A stretch of 64,000 bases of DNA from an uncultured Psychrobacter sp. (GCA_947489525.1 CANLDW010000005.1:23626-87625); one strand, 5' to 3'; shown: positions 35,807-46,946, counted from the stretch's first letter. Program-made: numbers and translations. Notes: generated by a model from the sequence alone, not told the origin.

Positions 35807-36796
35807 ATGACCCTGTCATCTCAATCGTCTCAGTCCACGCGGCCTCACTGCTCTCCTGTTGGACGTTTTGCACCTTCACCAACAGGCGAGCTGCATTTGG
35901 GTTCGCTGACTACCGCGCTGGCAAGTTATTGTCATATCAAATCCATAGGCGGTGCATGGCTGTTACGTATTGAGGACACAGATACAGCGCGCTGCGATGC
36001 TCAGTTCACGGAACAGATACTCATAGATCTAGAGCGTCTAGGTCTGCACTGGGATGGTGATATCGTCTACCAGTCTGAGCGCACCGATATCTATAATGAA
36101 TATCTAGCAGAGGTATTACAACCGCTGACGTATGCTTGCCGCTGCTCGCGTAAAGATTTAGCACAGTACTGGGCTGAGCATCCTCAAACTGAGCCTTTCG
36201 CTACTCATACTGACGCATCGAGGGATCAAGGTGATACCGTGCAAATACTACCCAATCGGCAACGCTATCCGCGCTGCTGTATTGACGCGCGTCTTGATCG
36301 AAAACGGCATAAGCTGCGTATACAACTGCCTGACTATGCTATAGGGTTTATGGATGGTATCCAAAAGATGCAATGGGGCAATCCGCAGCGATCCCTTGGT
36401 GATATGGTCGTGCGCCGGCAAGATGGTGTGATTAACTACCTATTGGCAGCCAGCATCGATGATGGTTTGCAGCGCATCACCCACATCATGCGCGGCTTAG
36501 ATATTTTGCCGCTAACTACCGCTCAAATCAGTATCATGCAAGCAGCGCGTTTGCCCGCTGTTGCACATTGGTATCATCTGCCGCTTATCGTCAACGCTGA
36601 GGGGCAAAAGCTCTCCAAACAAAACCTAGCACGGCCCATAGATACCCGCAATCCTAGCCAATTGTTGCAGACTGCTTTACAGCTCCTGTCTCAGCCTGCT
36701 GTCGATATAGACACACCAGTGCGTATGCTCAAGCAAGCTGTTGCACAGTGGGATAATACGCCTTTGCAGGGGCTGACGTCCTTGCCTAATCCTTAA
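35807..36796 (+). CDS. gluQ: glutamyl-Q tRNA(Asp) synthetase
   Basis: [16 protein letters not shown] (HIGH-like), [10 protein letters not shown], and KLSKQ (KMSKS-like). Truncated GluRS-like protein downstream of dksA, as in E. coli. Confidence 0.9.
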   Translation: MTLSSQSSQSTRPHCSPVGRFAPSPTGELHLGSLTTALASYCHIKSIGGAWLLRIEDTDTARCDAQFTEQILIDLERLGLHWDGDIVYQSERTDIYNEYLAEVLQPLTYACRCSRKDLAQYWAEHPQTEPFATHTDASRDQGDTVQILPNRQRYPRCCIDARLDRKRHKLRIQLPDYAIGFMDGIQKMQWGNPQRSLGDMVVRRQDGVINYLLAASIDDGLQRITHIMRGLDILPLTTAQISIMQAARLPAVAHWYHLPLIVNAEGQKLSKQNLARPIDTRNPSQLLQTALQLLSQPAVDIDTPVRMLKQAVAQWDNTPLQGLTSLPNP

Positions 36797-36919
36797 TCGA
36801 TAGTCTTGCCACATATCGACTCAATCTGTATTCATCATAAAAAAACGCCGCAACAAGCGACGTTTTATCTCCCTTTTAGTCTCTATATATACTGTCGGCG
36901 TGTATAAGCGCTATCTATA

Positions 36920-38152
36920 TTAATAATAGCGACACTGGCTTTTTTCGATATTTGGACTCTCGTTATAAATCTTCAGTAGTAGCGCCACCATAATCAGACT
37001 GATCAGCATGGAGGAGCCACCATAACTAAAGAACGGCATGGTCAAGCCTTTGGTAGGGATAGCGCCCATATTCATCGCCGCATTGATAATAGTCTGAATA
37101 ATAAAGATAACACCTATACCAAAAGCGGTATAACTCATGCGCATCTGACGGCGCTTAAGAGCCACGTAACTGATGCGCATAGCGCTTGCGATGATCAACG
37201 CCTCTAGTATTAGGATCATAGTCACGCCAACAAAACCCAACTCCTCACCCGTTATAGCCAACAAAAAATCCGTGTGCGCCTCAGGCAAATGCGACAGCTT
37301 TTGTACGCTTTCGCCATAGCCGACACCCGTGAACTCGCCGCGACCAAAAGCGATCAAACTTCGCGCCAACTGATAGTCGGTATCTTGTACATCATCGAAC
37401 GGATCTAAAAACGACATCACACGTACCAAGCGATATTGCACTGTAGTCACCATCAACACCGCGCCGCCTACAGCCACAGCACCTAGCGCCAAAAACTGCT
37501 TGTAAGGCGCGCCTGCAATGTAGAATATAGCAAAGACCGTACCGATAATAACAACAAATGAGCCAAAGTCTGGCTGCGCTAATAACAGTACGGTAATGAG
37601 ACCCACAACTAAAGCAATACGCAAAAAACCATCCCAGCCGTTACGCACTTCAAAGGAGCGGCGCACCACAAAGTCTGATACAAAAACAATCATAACCAGC
37701 TTGGCAAGTTCGGCTACCTGAAAATTTAATAATCCAAGATTGAGCCAGCGCTTAGAGCCATTAATCGGAGTGCTAAATAATGTCAAAAATAGCAGTACGC
37801 CTGTGATAGCCAATAAGATAAACTGCGTCTCGGTTTTATAGAGCGTACGCAGTGAGACGGCATAGTAAGGAACAACGGCAGCAACAAAGCCGATTGCCAT
37901 ATAAAGTAGCTGATTTTTAAAAAAGTACAGCTCACTCATACCGCGACTTAGCGCAAAGGGAATAGAAGCTGAGGCCACCATAAGCAAACTAAACACCAGC
38001 ATACAGCCAACGCTGGACAATAAAATAGCGCGTGCAGAGGGCATGGACAGCACCCCTTTTGAGCCAGCAGTTTGTTCAGACGTTGAGGTAGGTCGAAAAA
38101 AAGAAGAGAGCGCCATAATTTTATACACTAACGAGAAAACGAGAAAGAACAC
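36920..38152 (-). CDS. ftsW: peptidoglycan glycosyltransferase FtsW (SEDS family)
   Basis: SEDS pattern (QPDFGS, HTDF.LA..GEE.G, GLTMPFFSYGGSS), directly downstream of murD. The true start is possibly the ATG at 38044, which has a GGGG(T)G SD, or 38116. Confidence 0.85.
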   Translation of the reverse strand: MFFLVFSLVYKIMALSSFFRPTSTSEQTAGSKGVLSMPSARAILLSSVGCMLVFSLLMVASASIPFALSRGMSELYFFKNQLLYMAIGFVAAVVPYYAVSLRTLYKTETQFILLAITGVLLFLTLFSTPINGSKRWLNLGLLNFQVAELAKLVMIVFVSDFVVRRSFEVRNGWDGFLRIALVVGLITVLLLAQPDFGSFVVIIGTVFAIFYIAGAPYKQFLALGAVAVGGAVLMVTTVQYRLVRVMSFLDPFDDVQDTDYQLARSLIAFGRGEFTGVGYGESVQKLSHLPEAHTDFLLAITGEELGFVGVTMILILEALIIASAMRISYVALKRRQMRMSYTAFGIGVIFIIQTIINAAMNMGAIPTKGLTMPFFSYGGSSMLISLIMVALLLKIYNESPNIEKSQCRYY

Positions 38153-38235
38153 AGCGTCTATCTAACGCCACCGTTTATACACTTGCTGACAGTAGCAGTA
38201 ATGACTAAGCAAAACAATCGTTTATCACAAAATAG

Positions 38236-39645
38236 CTAGCCTGTGGCTTGCATTCTATCCTCGACCAGCTCACTAAAGCGCGCACCGCGCGCCGCATAGC
38301 CGCTAAACTGATCGAAGCTTGCACAAGCGGGCGATAGCAGTACGGCTTGTACTTGCGATAAGCTGCTCGTCGTTACTTGCCCAATAAGAGCGAAAACGCC
38401 TTCTAAAGTCTGACACTGATGCACAGCAACGTCATCGCTAATGTCCGCCGCTTTAAGATGCGTTGCAATCAGCTCACTGTCGGCGCCAATGAGTAAGACT
38501 TGACTGACGTACTTGTTGATGTAGGGTACAAGCTCGCCAAACTCTTGCCCCTTGCCTTGCCCGCCTAGTATGAGTAGCAGCTTACCATCTTTGGCAGCGT
38601 ATACAGAACCCAGACCTTCGATAGCGGCTATGGTTGAGCCTACGTTTGTCCCTTTAGAGTCGTCAAAATAGTCGATGCCATCATGAGTTGCGATGTATTG
38701 GCAGCGGTGCGGCAACCCTGAAAACTGCTGTAAGGTATCAAGCATACTATCGAGCGGTAGACCTGCAAGCTCGCCAAGTGCCAATGCAGATTGGGCGTTT
38801 AATAAGTTATGTCGACCCTTGATAGGCAGCTTATCTGCTGATAAGAGCCGCTCTGTCCCGCGGGCGATATAAATCTGCCCATCAGGGTCGGTAATTAGGC
38901 CGTACTGTCCTTTGTCTGGAGCGTGAATACCTGTACTGATTCGGGGTAAATTATCTGCGACAAGAGGACGAGTCAAGGCATCTTCGCGGTTGATGACTAC
39001 CGACTTTGCACCCTGAAAAATGCGATGCTTGGCTTGATGATAGCCTAGCATGTCGCCGTGACGATCCAGATGATCAGGGGACATATTGAGGACAGTGGCT
39101 ACTTGCGCGCCTAAATTGGTGACGGTTTCAAGCTGGAAGCTTGAAAGCTCAAGTACTGCCAGCTCCATCGCCTCGTCTTGTAGTAAGCGCAAAGCAGGTA
39201 TGCCGATATTGCCGCCAACGCCAACATTGATACCAGCATCAGCAGCCATTTGTCCAACAAGGCTAGTCACTGTACTCTTAGCATTGGAGCCGGTAATCGC
39301 TACTATAGGCACAGTGCATGCCTCACAAAACAGCTGAATATCACTGACAACTGGAATATGAGCACGGCGTGCGGCGGCTACCGCTTCGGTCTTTAGCGAG
39401 ATGCCAGGACTGATGACAATACGGGCGGCATGCTGCAATAAATCACTATCAATCATACCAAACTGGCGAATGGTCACAGCCGCTGGCAGCTGTTCTGCTA
39501 AAGTGGGCGCAGCATTGGCGTCTGTGACAGCCACACGGTAGCCTTGCTCAGCCAAGTAGGTGGCCACTGATAACCCTGATTGTCCCAATCCGACTACCAC
39601 TTGCAGGCCACCGCCCTTGTGGAGTAAGGTATCTGCTGCACTCAT
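38236..39645 (-). CDS. murD: UDP-N-acetylmuramoylalanine--D-glutamate ligase
   Basis: GLGQSG, ITGSNAKST, and Mur ligase middle and C-terminal domains. The ATG at 39645 has an AAGGA SD; the ORF-track start at 39684 is less likely. Confidence 0.92.
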   Translation of the reverse strand: MSAADTLLHKGGGLQVVVGLGQSGLSVATYLAEQGYRVAVTDANAAPTLAEQLPAAVTIRQFGMIDSDLLQHAARIVISPGISLKTEAVAAARRAHIPVVSDIQLFCEACTVPIVAITGSNAKSTVTSLVGQMAADAGINVGVGGNIGIPALRLLQDEAMELAVLELSSFQLETVTNLGAQVATVLNMSPDHLDRHGDMLGYHQAKHRIFQGAKSVVINREDALTRPLVADNLPRISTGIHAPDKGQYGLITDPDGQIYIARGTERLLSADKLPIKGRHNLLNAQSALALGELAGLPLDSMLDTLQQFSGLPHRCQYIATHDGIDYFDDSKGTNVGSTIAAIEGLGSVYAAKDGKLLLILGGQGKGQEFGELVPYINKYVSQVLLIGADSELIATHLKAADISDDVAVHQCQTLEGVFALIGQVTTSSLSQVQAVLLSPACASFDQFSGYAARGARFSELVEDRMQATG

Positions 39646-39816
39646 ATCTATTCCTTTTATTGGATACTGCTGTTTTTTGTACACAAATCAAATCATAGCA
39701 CCGTCAAGCAAATACGCTTGCAAGTAATACGCCTAACCCTTATATAGCGACATGCTACTATATTGGGTAAAGTAGTGATGAGCATCATAACGCTATCGTT
39801 TAGGTTTCGGTACTGC

Positions 39817-39847
39817 TTTTTATTCTACTGTTTTTTTATTCTACTGT
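39817..39847. repeat. tandem direct repeat TTTTTATTCTACTGT x2
   Basis: 15-nt unit at 39817-39831 and 39833-39847, in the murD/sulP divergent intergenic region. Confidence 0.9.
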
Positions 39848-40207
39848 GCTATGACGCGTCTATTTTTATCGAGCGCTGCTAGTGCTATAATGCGTACGCT
39901 AGAATATATGCAACGATACTTTAGACGCTTTAAATGCTTTTTCTTTAGTGTAACAGGGTGCTACCGTTTTTCATCGTGATCAATATTAGCGCTATGCTAC
40001 TAGCATTAGTGCTATTTGTATGTATGAGCGTACACTCTTATTTTATCATCTAATACTAATATTAGCGCCCAAGAGATTCGGGCTTACGTCTTATTTTTTA
40101 TTAGCGCTTATTAGCCGCTAATCTGCCTACTATTTGTAGCCACGCTATCATTTGCCTTTGGTAATGATTATCTTTTTTGCCTCTACCTATACAGTTACCG
40201 TTTATTT

Positions 40208-41707
40208 ATGACATCTTTTATTGATAGTTTACGTGACGAGTGGTTTTCTAACGTTCGCGGCGATATTTTATCAGGGTTAGTTGTGGCTCTGGCTTTGATT
40301 CCAGAAGCGATTGCTTTTTCTATTATTGCAGGTGTGGATCCAAAGATTGGTTTGTACGCCTCGTTTTGTATCGCGGTGGTCATCAGTTTCGTTGGTGGTC
40401 GTCCCGGTATGATCTCAGCAGCAACAGGTGCTATGGCACTCGTTATGGTGGATCTAGTCGCTGATCATGGTCTGCAATATTTACTTGCGGCCACCTTGCT
40501 TTGCGGCGCTATTCAGGTGGTTATGGGTATCTTTAAGCTGGGCAATCTGATGCGCTTTGTCTCGCGGTCGGTCGTTATTGGCTTTGTGAATGCGCTTGCC
40601 ATCTTGATATTTGTGGCACAGCTACCAGAGCTTAACCCCATGACTGAGCGCGTAGGTCTGCCTGTTTACATAATGACTGCTGCAGGCCTAGCGATCATCT
40701 ATTTGTTTCCACTGATTCCTAAGATAGGACGCGTGATTCCCTCGCCGCTCATTTGCATTGTCGGCTTGACCGCAGTGGCGATGTATATGAACTTAGATAT
40801 ACGTAACGTCGGTAGTATGGGCGATCTGCCTGACTCGCTACCGATGTTTTTGCTACCTGATATCCCGCTGAATCTACAAACCCTGCTGATCATTGCCCCT
40901 TATTCGATTGCTCTAGCTATCGTCGGTCTGCTTGAGTCTATGATGACCGCTACTATCGTTGATGAATTGACGGATACACCAAGTGATAAAAACCGCGAGT
41001 GCCGCGGGCAAGGTATTGCCAACGTTGTCTCAGGATTTTTTGGTGGTATGGCAGGCTGCGCGATGATTGGACAATCCGTCATCAATGTCAAATCTGGTGG
41101 TCGTACGCGTTTATCAACGCTGATTGCAGGTGTTGTGCTGCTTATTATGGTGGTGTTCTTAAGTGAATGGGTCAGTCAAATCCCGATGGCGGCATTGGTT
41201 GCAGTTATGATTATGGTCTCAATTGGTACCTTTAATTGGCAATCTATTCGCGAGTTTAAGACTCATCCGCTCTCCTTTAATATTGTTATGCTAGCAACAG
41301 TTTTGACGACTGTCTTTACGCACAATCTAGCCTATGGTGTTGGCGTTGGCGTTTTACTCTCTGCGCTGGCCTTTGCCAATAAGATTGGCCAATTCTTAAC
41401 GATCTATAGTGAGTACGATGATAGTACCAATACCCGCTACTACTATGTACAAGGTCAAGTGTTCTTTGCCTCAACGACGCAGTTTTTGCATAGTTTTGAT
41501 ACTAAAGAAGCGCTTGATCGCATTGAAATTGACGTCAGTCACGCCCACTTTTGGGATGTCAGCGCTGTTGACACTTTGGACAAGCTGGTCATGCGCTTGC
41601 AACGCGAGGGCATAGATGTCAAAGTTGTAGGGCTCAACAACGCTAGTCGCACTTTAATTGATCGCTTCTCTGTTCATGATCGCCGAGATATAGGTCTATT
41701 GGACTGA
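40208..41707 (+). CDS. SulP family inorganic anion transporter with a C-terminal STAS domain
   Basis: N-terminal [22 protein letters not shown] motif, polytopic core, C-terminal STAS-like region. Confidence 0.9.
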   Translation: MTSFIDSLRDEWFSNVRGDILSGLVVALALIPEAIAFSIIAGVDPKIGLYASFCIAVVISFVGGRPGMISAATGAMALVMVDLVADHGLQYLLAATLLCGAIQVVMGIFKLGNLMRFVSRSVVIGFVNALAILIFVAQLPELNPMTERVGLPVYIMTAAGLAIIYLFPLIPKIGRVIPSPLICIVGLTAVAMYMNLDIRNVGSMGDLPDSLPMFLLPDIPLNLQTLLIIAPYSIALAIVGLLESMMTATIVDELTDTPSDKNRECRGQGIANVVSGFFGGMAGCAMIGQSVINVKSGGRTRLSTLIAGVVLLIMVVFLSEWVSQIPMAALVAVMIMVSIGTFNWQSIREFKTHPLSFNIVMLATVLTTVFTHNLAYGVGVGVLLSALAFANKIGQFLTIYSEYDDSTNTRYYYVQGQVFFASTTQFLHSFDTKEALDRIEIDVSHAHFWDVSAVDTLDKLVMRLQREGIDVKVVGLNNASRTLIDRFSVHDRRDIGLLD

Positions 41708-41740
41708 TGTCTGTACTGATGTCTGTACTGAGGTCTGTTA
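41704..41740. repeat. 12-bp tandem repeat CTGATGTCTGTA x2 plus a degenerate third copy
   Basis: ctgatgtctgta ctgatgtctgta ctgaggtctgtta, overlapping the sulP stop codon. Confidence 0.9.
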
Positions 41741-41764
41741 TTAGTAACATAACGAGGTTGCCGT

Positions 41765-42619
41765 ATGAGTAACTTAAAACCAGATAGTGTTATCGCCTGT
41801 TTAGACTGTCCTGATCACGTGCAAGCCGTACTCAATGCGAGCATGTGGGCGTCATCACGTATGCAAGCACCCATTGGTCTGCTGCATTCGGTACCAAGCT
41901 TACAGCAAAAAGCAGCGGTTAATTATTCAGGCTGTTTAAACATCGATGATGAGAGCACTTTGCTGGATAAATTTACTAGTCATGAGCACTTAAGCAATTG
42001 CGAGCTAAAAGCGCAAGGTAAGCTGCTGCTACATCAAGCGGGTGCGTATTGCGAGCAGCAGCACTATAAGGGTAAGACATATACCCTGCATCGGCATGAG
42101 CAGTTGAACGAAAGCATCGATTATGTCGATGAAAAGTCGCAGTTGATCGTTATCGGTCATCATGTCACTTGCAAGTCAACGCTAAGCCAGCTTATTCGTG
42201 TGAGCCACTGCCCTGTTTTGGTGACTCATACACCATTTTTGCCCCCTACTAGTGCATTATTTGCCTTTGACAACTGTGCCACTTCACATAAGATGCTCAA
42301 TTGGCTATGTAAAACGCCACTTATCCGTGCCCTTACTGTACATATCGTTATGGTGGCAAAAGAGACCCCTGATAACGTCGATGCGTTACGTGAAGCGTAT
42401 GCTCGTCTAAAGCAGGCAGGTATTAGTTGCAAAAAGGCCTTATTGGACTGCCGTGACGTTAGCGCTGCTCTACATTATTACCAAAGCGAGCACGATATTG
42501 GTCTGATGATGAGCGGTGCTTTTGGTCAATCTCGTTTGCGTGAATTGCTACAAGGTAGTGATACTGAAAAGCTGCTTAGTAGTACTAAAACCCCATACCT
42601 ACTCTTTCCTAAAGCCTAA
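41765..42619 (+). CDS. tandem universal stress protein (UspA family)
   Basis: Two Usp-like halves. C-terminal GAFGQSRLRELLQGSDTEKLL....P.L resembles the Usp ATP-binding G-2x-G-9x-G(S/T) region. Confidence 0.65.
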   Translation: MSNLKPDSVIACLDCPDHVQAVLNASMWASSRMQAPIGLLHSVPSLQQKAAVNYSGCLNIDDESTLLDKFTSHEHLSNCELKAQGKLLLHQAGAYCEQQHYKGKTYTLHRHEQLNESIDYVDEKSQLIVIGHHVTCKSTLSQLIRVSHCPVLVTHTPFLPPTSALFAFDNCATSHKMLNWLCKTPLIRALTVHIVMVAKETPDNVDALREAYARLKQAGISCKKALLDCRDVSAALHYYQSEHDIGLMMSGAFGQSRLRELLQGSDTEKLLSSTKTPYLLFPKA

Positions 42620-42905
42620 TTGGCGCTCAGCTATGGTCGCTATTATGCAAGGCTCATATACTTAAATGCTGCCCGTCATTGCCCTATCTCATATCTTGTC
42701 TTATCAAATCATCACATGAAATAAGGGCATGGCATCCCAAAGCAGCTAAAAAGTTGGTTATAATAAAGTTTTTATTCAATCAAACGTCCCTGATTGATGC
42801 GTTTTGCGTGCCTAACTGTTACTAGTTAAACACGTGCTACACACTGCATTTTTTAATAATTTTTGCGTGCTATAGCTGACTTCTACCTACCCCCTTGAGT
42901 AGAAG

Positions 42906-42921
42906 TGGCATAGTTCTTGAA
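42906..42921 (+). promoter_or_regulatory. candidate sigma-54 promoter of glnK-amtB
   Basis: TGGCAT-agttc-TTGAA, compared with the consensus TGGCAC-N5-TTGCW (14 of the 16 aligned positions, or 9 of the 11 specified ones). About 75 nt upstream of the glnK ATG. Confidence 0.5.
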
Positions 42922-42945
42922 TGGTGTTAAATACAGCAGTAATGA

Positions 42946-43335
<390 letters not shown>

Positions 43336-43399
43336 TCGATCACCTATACACCTATAGGTCATCCGATATCTTATTGCATATATTCAAGGGGGAATTAAC

Positions 43400-44662
43400 A
43401 TGCAAAGTCAAATTTTTGAACTCCAGTACGCACTTGACACCTTTTATTTTTTGATCTGCGGCGCACTCGTTATGTGGATGGCGGCAGGCTTTGCCATGCT
43501 AGAGGCAGGTCTGGTTCGCTCCAAAAATACGGTTGAGATCTTAACCAAGAACATTGCTCTGTTTGCCACTGCTAGCATTATGTATATGGTGTGTGGCTAC
43601 GCTATTATGTATGGCGGCGATATTTTTTTAAGCGGCATTGCAGGTACTGAGACGCTAGTTGCAGACGCTTTGGCAGCATCAGCTGAAAACGGCTTTGGCG
43701 GTGATTCAGTGTATTCAGCGGCCTCCGACTTTTTCTTTCAAGTTGTCTTTGTTGCGACCTGTATGTCTATTGTCTCAGGCGCTGTTGCTGAGCGTATGAA
43801 ACTGTGGTCGTTTTTATTGTTCGCAGTTGTCATGACCGGCGTTATTTATCCTCTTGAAGGTAGCTGGACGTGGGGCGGCAAGGATGTCTTTGGCTTGTTT
43901 AACTTAGGCGATATGGGCTTCTCTGACTTTGCAGGCTCAGGTATTGTTCATATGGCAGGCGCAGCAGCAGCACTGGCAGGTGTAATATTATTGGGCGCAC
44001 GTAGAGGAAAGTACGGCTCTAATGGTGAGATACGCGCTATTCCTGGTGCTAACCTACCACTAGCGGCTTTGGGTACGCTGATCTTATGGATGGGCTGGTT
44101 TGGCTTTAACGGTGGCTCTGTGCTCAAGCTTGGTGACGTTGCAAGCGCTAATGCCGTCGCGATGGTATTTTTGAACACCAATGCCGCAGCGGCAGGCGGT
44201 GCAGTTGGTGCGCTGTTATTAGCTCGTCTCATATTTGGTAAAGCCGATCTAACGATGCTCTTAAATGGTGCACTAGCAGGCTTGGTTGCGATTACCGCTG
44301 AGCCTTCTACGCCTTCAGCTCTACAAGCTACGCTGTTCGGTGTTGTTGCTGGCGTGATTGTTGTGTTGTCTATCTTAGCTTTAGACAAAATTAAAATTGA
44401 CGATCCAGTTGGTGCTATCTCTGTCCATGGTGTGGTCGGTTTGTTTGGTCTCTTGATCGTCCCTCTTACCAATCCGGCAGCGACATTCATTGGTCAAATT
44501 GCAGGAGCTGCAACTATCTTTGTCTGGGTATTTGCCGCCAGCTTACTGGTGTGGTTTGTCATTAAAGCGGTTATCGGCCTGCGCATCTCAGAAGAAGATG
44601 AGTACGAAGGTACAGATATTGCCGAATGCGGCATGGAAGCTTATCCTGAGTTTGTCAGATAA
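43400..44662 (+). CDS. amtB: ammonium transporter AmtB
   Basis: Amt family motifs (DFAGSGIVHM, GWFGFNGGS, VHGVVG). Confidence 0.95.
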   Translation: MQSQIFELQYALDTFYFLICGALVMWMAAGFAMLEAGLVRSKNTVEILTKNIALFATASIMYMVCGYAIMYGGDIFLSGIAGTETLVADALAASAENGFGGDSVYSAASDFFFQVVFVATCMSIVSGAVAERMKLWSFLLFAVVMTGVIYPLEGSWTWGGKDVFGLFNLGDMGFSDFAGSGIVHMAGAAAALAGVILLGARRGKYGSNGEIRAIPGANLPLAALGTLILWMGWFGFNGGSVLKLGDVASANAVAMVFLNTNAAAAGGAVGALLLARLIFGKADLTMLLNGALAGLVAITAEPSTPSALQATLFGVVAGVIVVLSILALDKIKIDDPVGAISVHGVVGLFGLLIVPLTNPAATFIGQIAGAATIFVWVFAASLLVWFVIKAVIGLRISEEDEYEGTDIAECGMEAYPEFVR

Positions 44663-44686
44663 GGTAAAGAGATAAAGAGATTATAA

Positions 44687-44723
44687 AAATCCCGCACTAC
44701 CTAATGGTAATGCGGGATTTTTT
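44687..44723 (+). terminator. glnK-amtB terminator
   Basis: AAATCCCGCA-(14 nt)-TGCGGGATTT followed by a T-run. Confidence 0.85.
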
Positions 44724-44816
44724 AATGATCTTATATAGGGCATTAGGTTACTTGTTATAGGTAGTTAATCTTAAGTAATTAGTACTAATTGGCCATCAGT
44801 ACCTAACAATATCAGC

Positions 44817-45200
44817 TTATTTTCTTTTCCACGTTTGACTACGTGAGAAAGGACCAATGTACCCTTTTAACTTTAAGTTATTACCACTTAAGTTAGCCGT
44901 CATACGGTAGTCTTTACCTTTTTCAGGGTCTGTAATCGTACCGCCACTGTATTTACCGTTACCATCAGCTTTTAAACCCTTGATAATCGTCGTACCGATG
45001 TGCTTTTTACCTTTGGCTGAGTTAGTATCAACCAGTTTACCCGTTAATACGCCATTTGACTCAGTAATTCTTACCGTACCTTTTGGCTCGCCATCGTCAA
45101 AAGTCTGCCAAGTGGTATTGTGGAGTGGATCAGCAGCAAATGCCATACTCGCGATACCGATACCAGCAACAGCTAACGTGGTTTTTGTAAATAATTTCAT
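44817..45200 (-). CDS. DUF2147 domain protein (secreted)
   Basis: Signal peptide, then the W...D....G.V.I....G.L.GK...........G..I.KGLK..G.GKYSGGTI.DP..GK.Y pattern. Confidence 0.75.
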   Translation of the reverse strand: MKLFTKTTLAVAGIGIASMAFAADPLHNTTWQTFDDGEPKGTVRITESNGVLTGKLVDTNSAKGKKHIGTTIIKGLKADGNGKYSGGTITDPEKGKDYRMTANLSGNNLKLKGYIGPFSRSQTWKRK

Positions 45201-45460
45201 ATATCGACTCCATTCGTGCGATGATTATTAAAACGCTAATGTTCTACTCTACCCTTAGAGCAATCCATCTATCCTTACACTTAATTTATTGTTTTGATGA
45301 TGTAATAGCGTACCGTGGTGCAGAGAATTGAATGATAACTATTATTCATCATTTAAACAGTATAAGCGATGTCATGGCTTATTATAGACAAATAAATAAC
45401 TTTGCATAGTAATTTTTTTATGAATTATTATTTCTACCAATTATCAACTATATCAAATAG

Positions 45461-45724
45461 TTACAAGAAAGGATTATCAACTGCATTATCTGATTGTTCG
45501 TTTTTTATACTATTATTATCAGGTAAATCATGAGCTTGAATCCGACTTTCAAAGGCGTTTATGATATTGCCAGTCAGCTCATATAGCTGTTTTGCCTGCT
45601 CATATCCTGCGACATTTAACCCGATATCGATATCACCATACATGACAATTTTATCGGTTTGATTCTCAATCACCAACTCGCCTATTTGCATGCTTTGATG
45701 ATTATTAGCAAAAGGTTCAATCAT
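45461..45724 (-). CDS. small acidic hypothetical protein (87 aa)
   Basis: ORF 36 nt downstream of the nuclease gene on the same strand. 14 Asp/Glu against 4 Lys/Arg. No recognisable family. Confidence 0.5.
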   Translation of the reverse strand: MIEPFANNHQSMQIGELVIENQTDKIVMYGDIDIGLNVAGYEQAKQLYELTGNIINAFESRIQAHDLPDNNSIKNEQSDNAVDNPFL

Positions 45725-45760
45725 AGTAGCGCTCCTATTGTCGTCAATAGCTATTCTTAA

Positions 45761-46666
45761 TCAGGCTTTTAATTGCGCCATTATCCAATCGATAATTGCT
45801 AACACGAACAACATCCAAGTTGGCGCTTCATTATAGCTCTCAGGTAATGCAGAGCGCTCGCCTGCCTTTAATGGTAATCCAAAAGCCTGCGCTTTAGTCC
45901 TTGTATCAAGTATAGGTAGGACATCAATACCTGTCTTCTCTGCCAGCTCATCGATACTGATCACCTCTATACGCTCTGACTCATCGTTTGGTGCGTAGTA
46001 GACGCCCGCTTCATTAATAGCAGGGATATAAACAGCCTTAAAAAAGTGACTGGGTACGAGTACTTGCCCATCGATCTGCACGGTTTTTTTGTTGGTAAAA
46101 GCAACGCCTGTCACGGTGTAGACCTCACCGTACTGCTGCGTCAGATAGCGGGTCGCAGATTCAATATTACGCCAGACATAACGGTTATTACGCGGCGACT
46201 GCGGAGCGATATTTGCCAAACTAAAGCTATCGTACTGCTGGCTACGTGTTGCCATATCAGCGTTAGGCGCTAAGTGCCCTCTATCATAACCTGAGCCTGA
46301 ATAGTCCGCTACTGAGGCACGAATGGACTTAGGCAAACGGCTCTCTTCATGAAAGCTGTCATCGCGGTCAATCTCTTTTGCAGCATTCAGACGTGCGCGT
46401 GTTAGATATTCAGCCGACCATAACGGCGTACGCGAGACGCCAGAGTACATAACGGCGAAGCCATCCATACACAAAGGATGGGTATCATTGCTGAGTTTGG
46501 TGTTAACAAACTCAGGATAAATACCACCGTAAAAAGAGGCGTTGCAGTCAGATAGGTCATTAGCATGCACAGGTAGCATACTGATAGACAACAGCGCGGC
46601 AACAGCGCCTAAAATCCAAGTAGTGACAAGTGTACTTGTACTGCCATTGGGGGTAATAAAAATCAT
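45761..46666 (-). CDS. DNA/RNA non-specific endonuclease (NucA/Endonuclease_NS family), exported
   Basis: N-terminal signal-like segment, the active-site motif YDRGHLAPNADM (DRGH), and a C-terminal hydrophobic tail APTWMLFVLAIIDWIMAQL. Confidence 0.85.
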   Translation of the reverse strand: MIFITPNGSTSTLVTTWILGAVAALLSISMLPVHANDLSDCNASFYGGIYPEFVNTKLSNDTHPLCMDGFAVMYSGVSRTPLWSAEYLTRARLNAAKEIDRDDSFHEESRLPKSIRASVADYSGSGYDRGHLAPNADMATRSQQYDSFSLANIAPQSPRNNRYVWRNIESATRYLTQQYGEVYTVTGVAFTNKKTVQIDGQVLVPSHFFKAVYIPAINEAGVYYAPNDESERIEVISIDELAEKTGIDVLPILDTRTKAQAFGLPLKAGERSALPESYNEAPTWMLFVLAIIDWIMAQLKA

Positions 46667-46810
46667 CGTCTGCCTATCATCTGTTTGGCCTGCTGTTTAT
46701 CCTACTATTTGTTTGTGTGTCACTGATACTCTTTTATGCGCAATAATACGCTATCTGAGCCAGCGCTGTCATAAAAACATGATAATTGCATAAATCAGTA
46801 GCGGCAGACC

Positions 46811-46839
46811 GTGACATCGGTACAGCTATCGGCTATACT
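46811..46839 (+). promoter_or_regulatory. candidate sigma-70 promoter of tRNA-Ser
   Basis: GTGACA-N17-TATACT, ending about 17 nt upstream of the tRNA 5' end. Confidence 0.5.
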
Positions 46840-46855
46840 TATGCACTCAAAAAAC

Positions 46856-46946
46856 GGTGAAGTGGGTGAGTGGCTGAAACCGCACGCCTGGAAAGTGTGT
46901 ATACGTTCATAGCGTATCGAGGGTTCGAATCCCTCCTTCACCGCCA
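46856..46946 (+). tRNA. tRNA-Ser (anticodon GGA), CCA encoded
   Basis: Acceptor GGTGAAG/CTTCACC, anticodon stem CACGC/GTGTG with loop CTGGAAA, long variable arm, T-arm GAGGGTTCGAATCCCTC, then GCCA. Near-collinear with E. coli tRNA-Ser(GGA) as recalled. Confidence 0.97.

Noticed and set aside
43948-44490. A 180-aa ORF antisense to amtB
   Set aside because: It lies entirely inside the well-supported amtB gene on the opposite strand. It is an Ala/Pro-rich low-complexity translation, typical of a GC-rich codon-position artefact.
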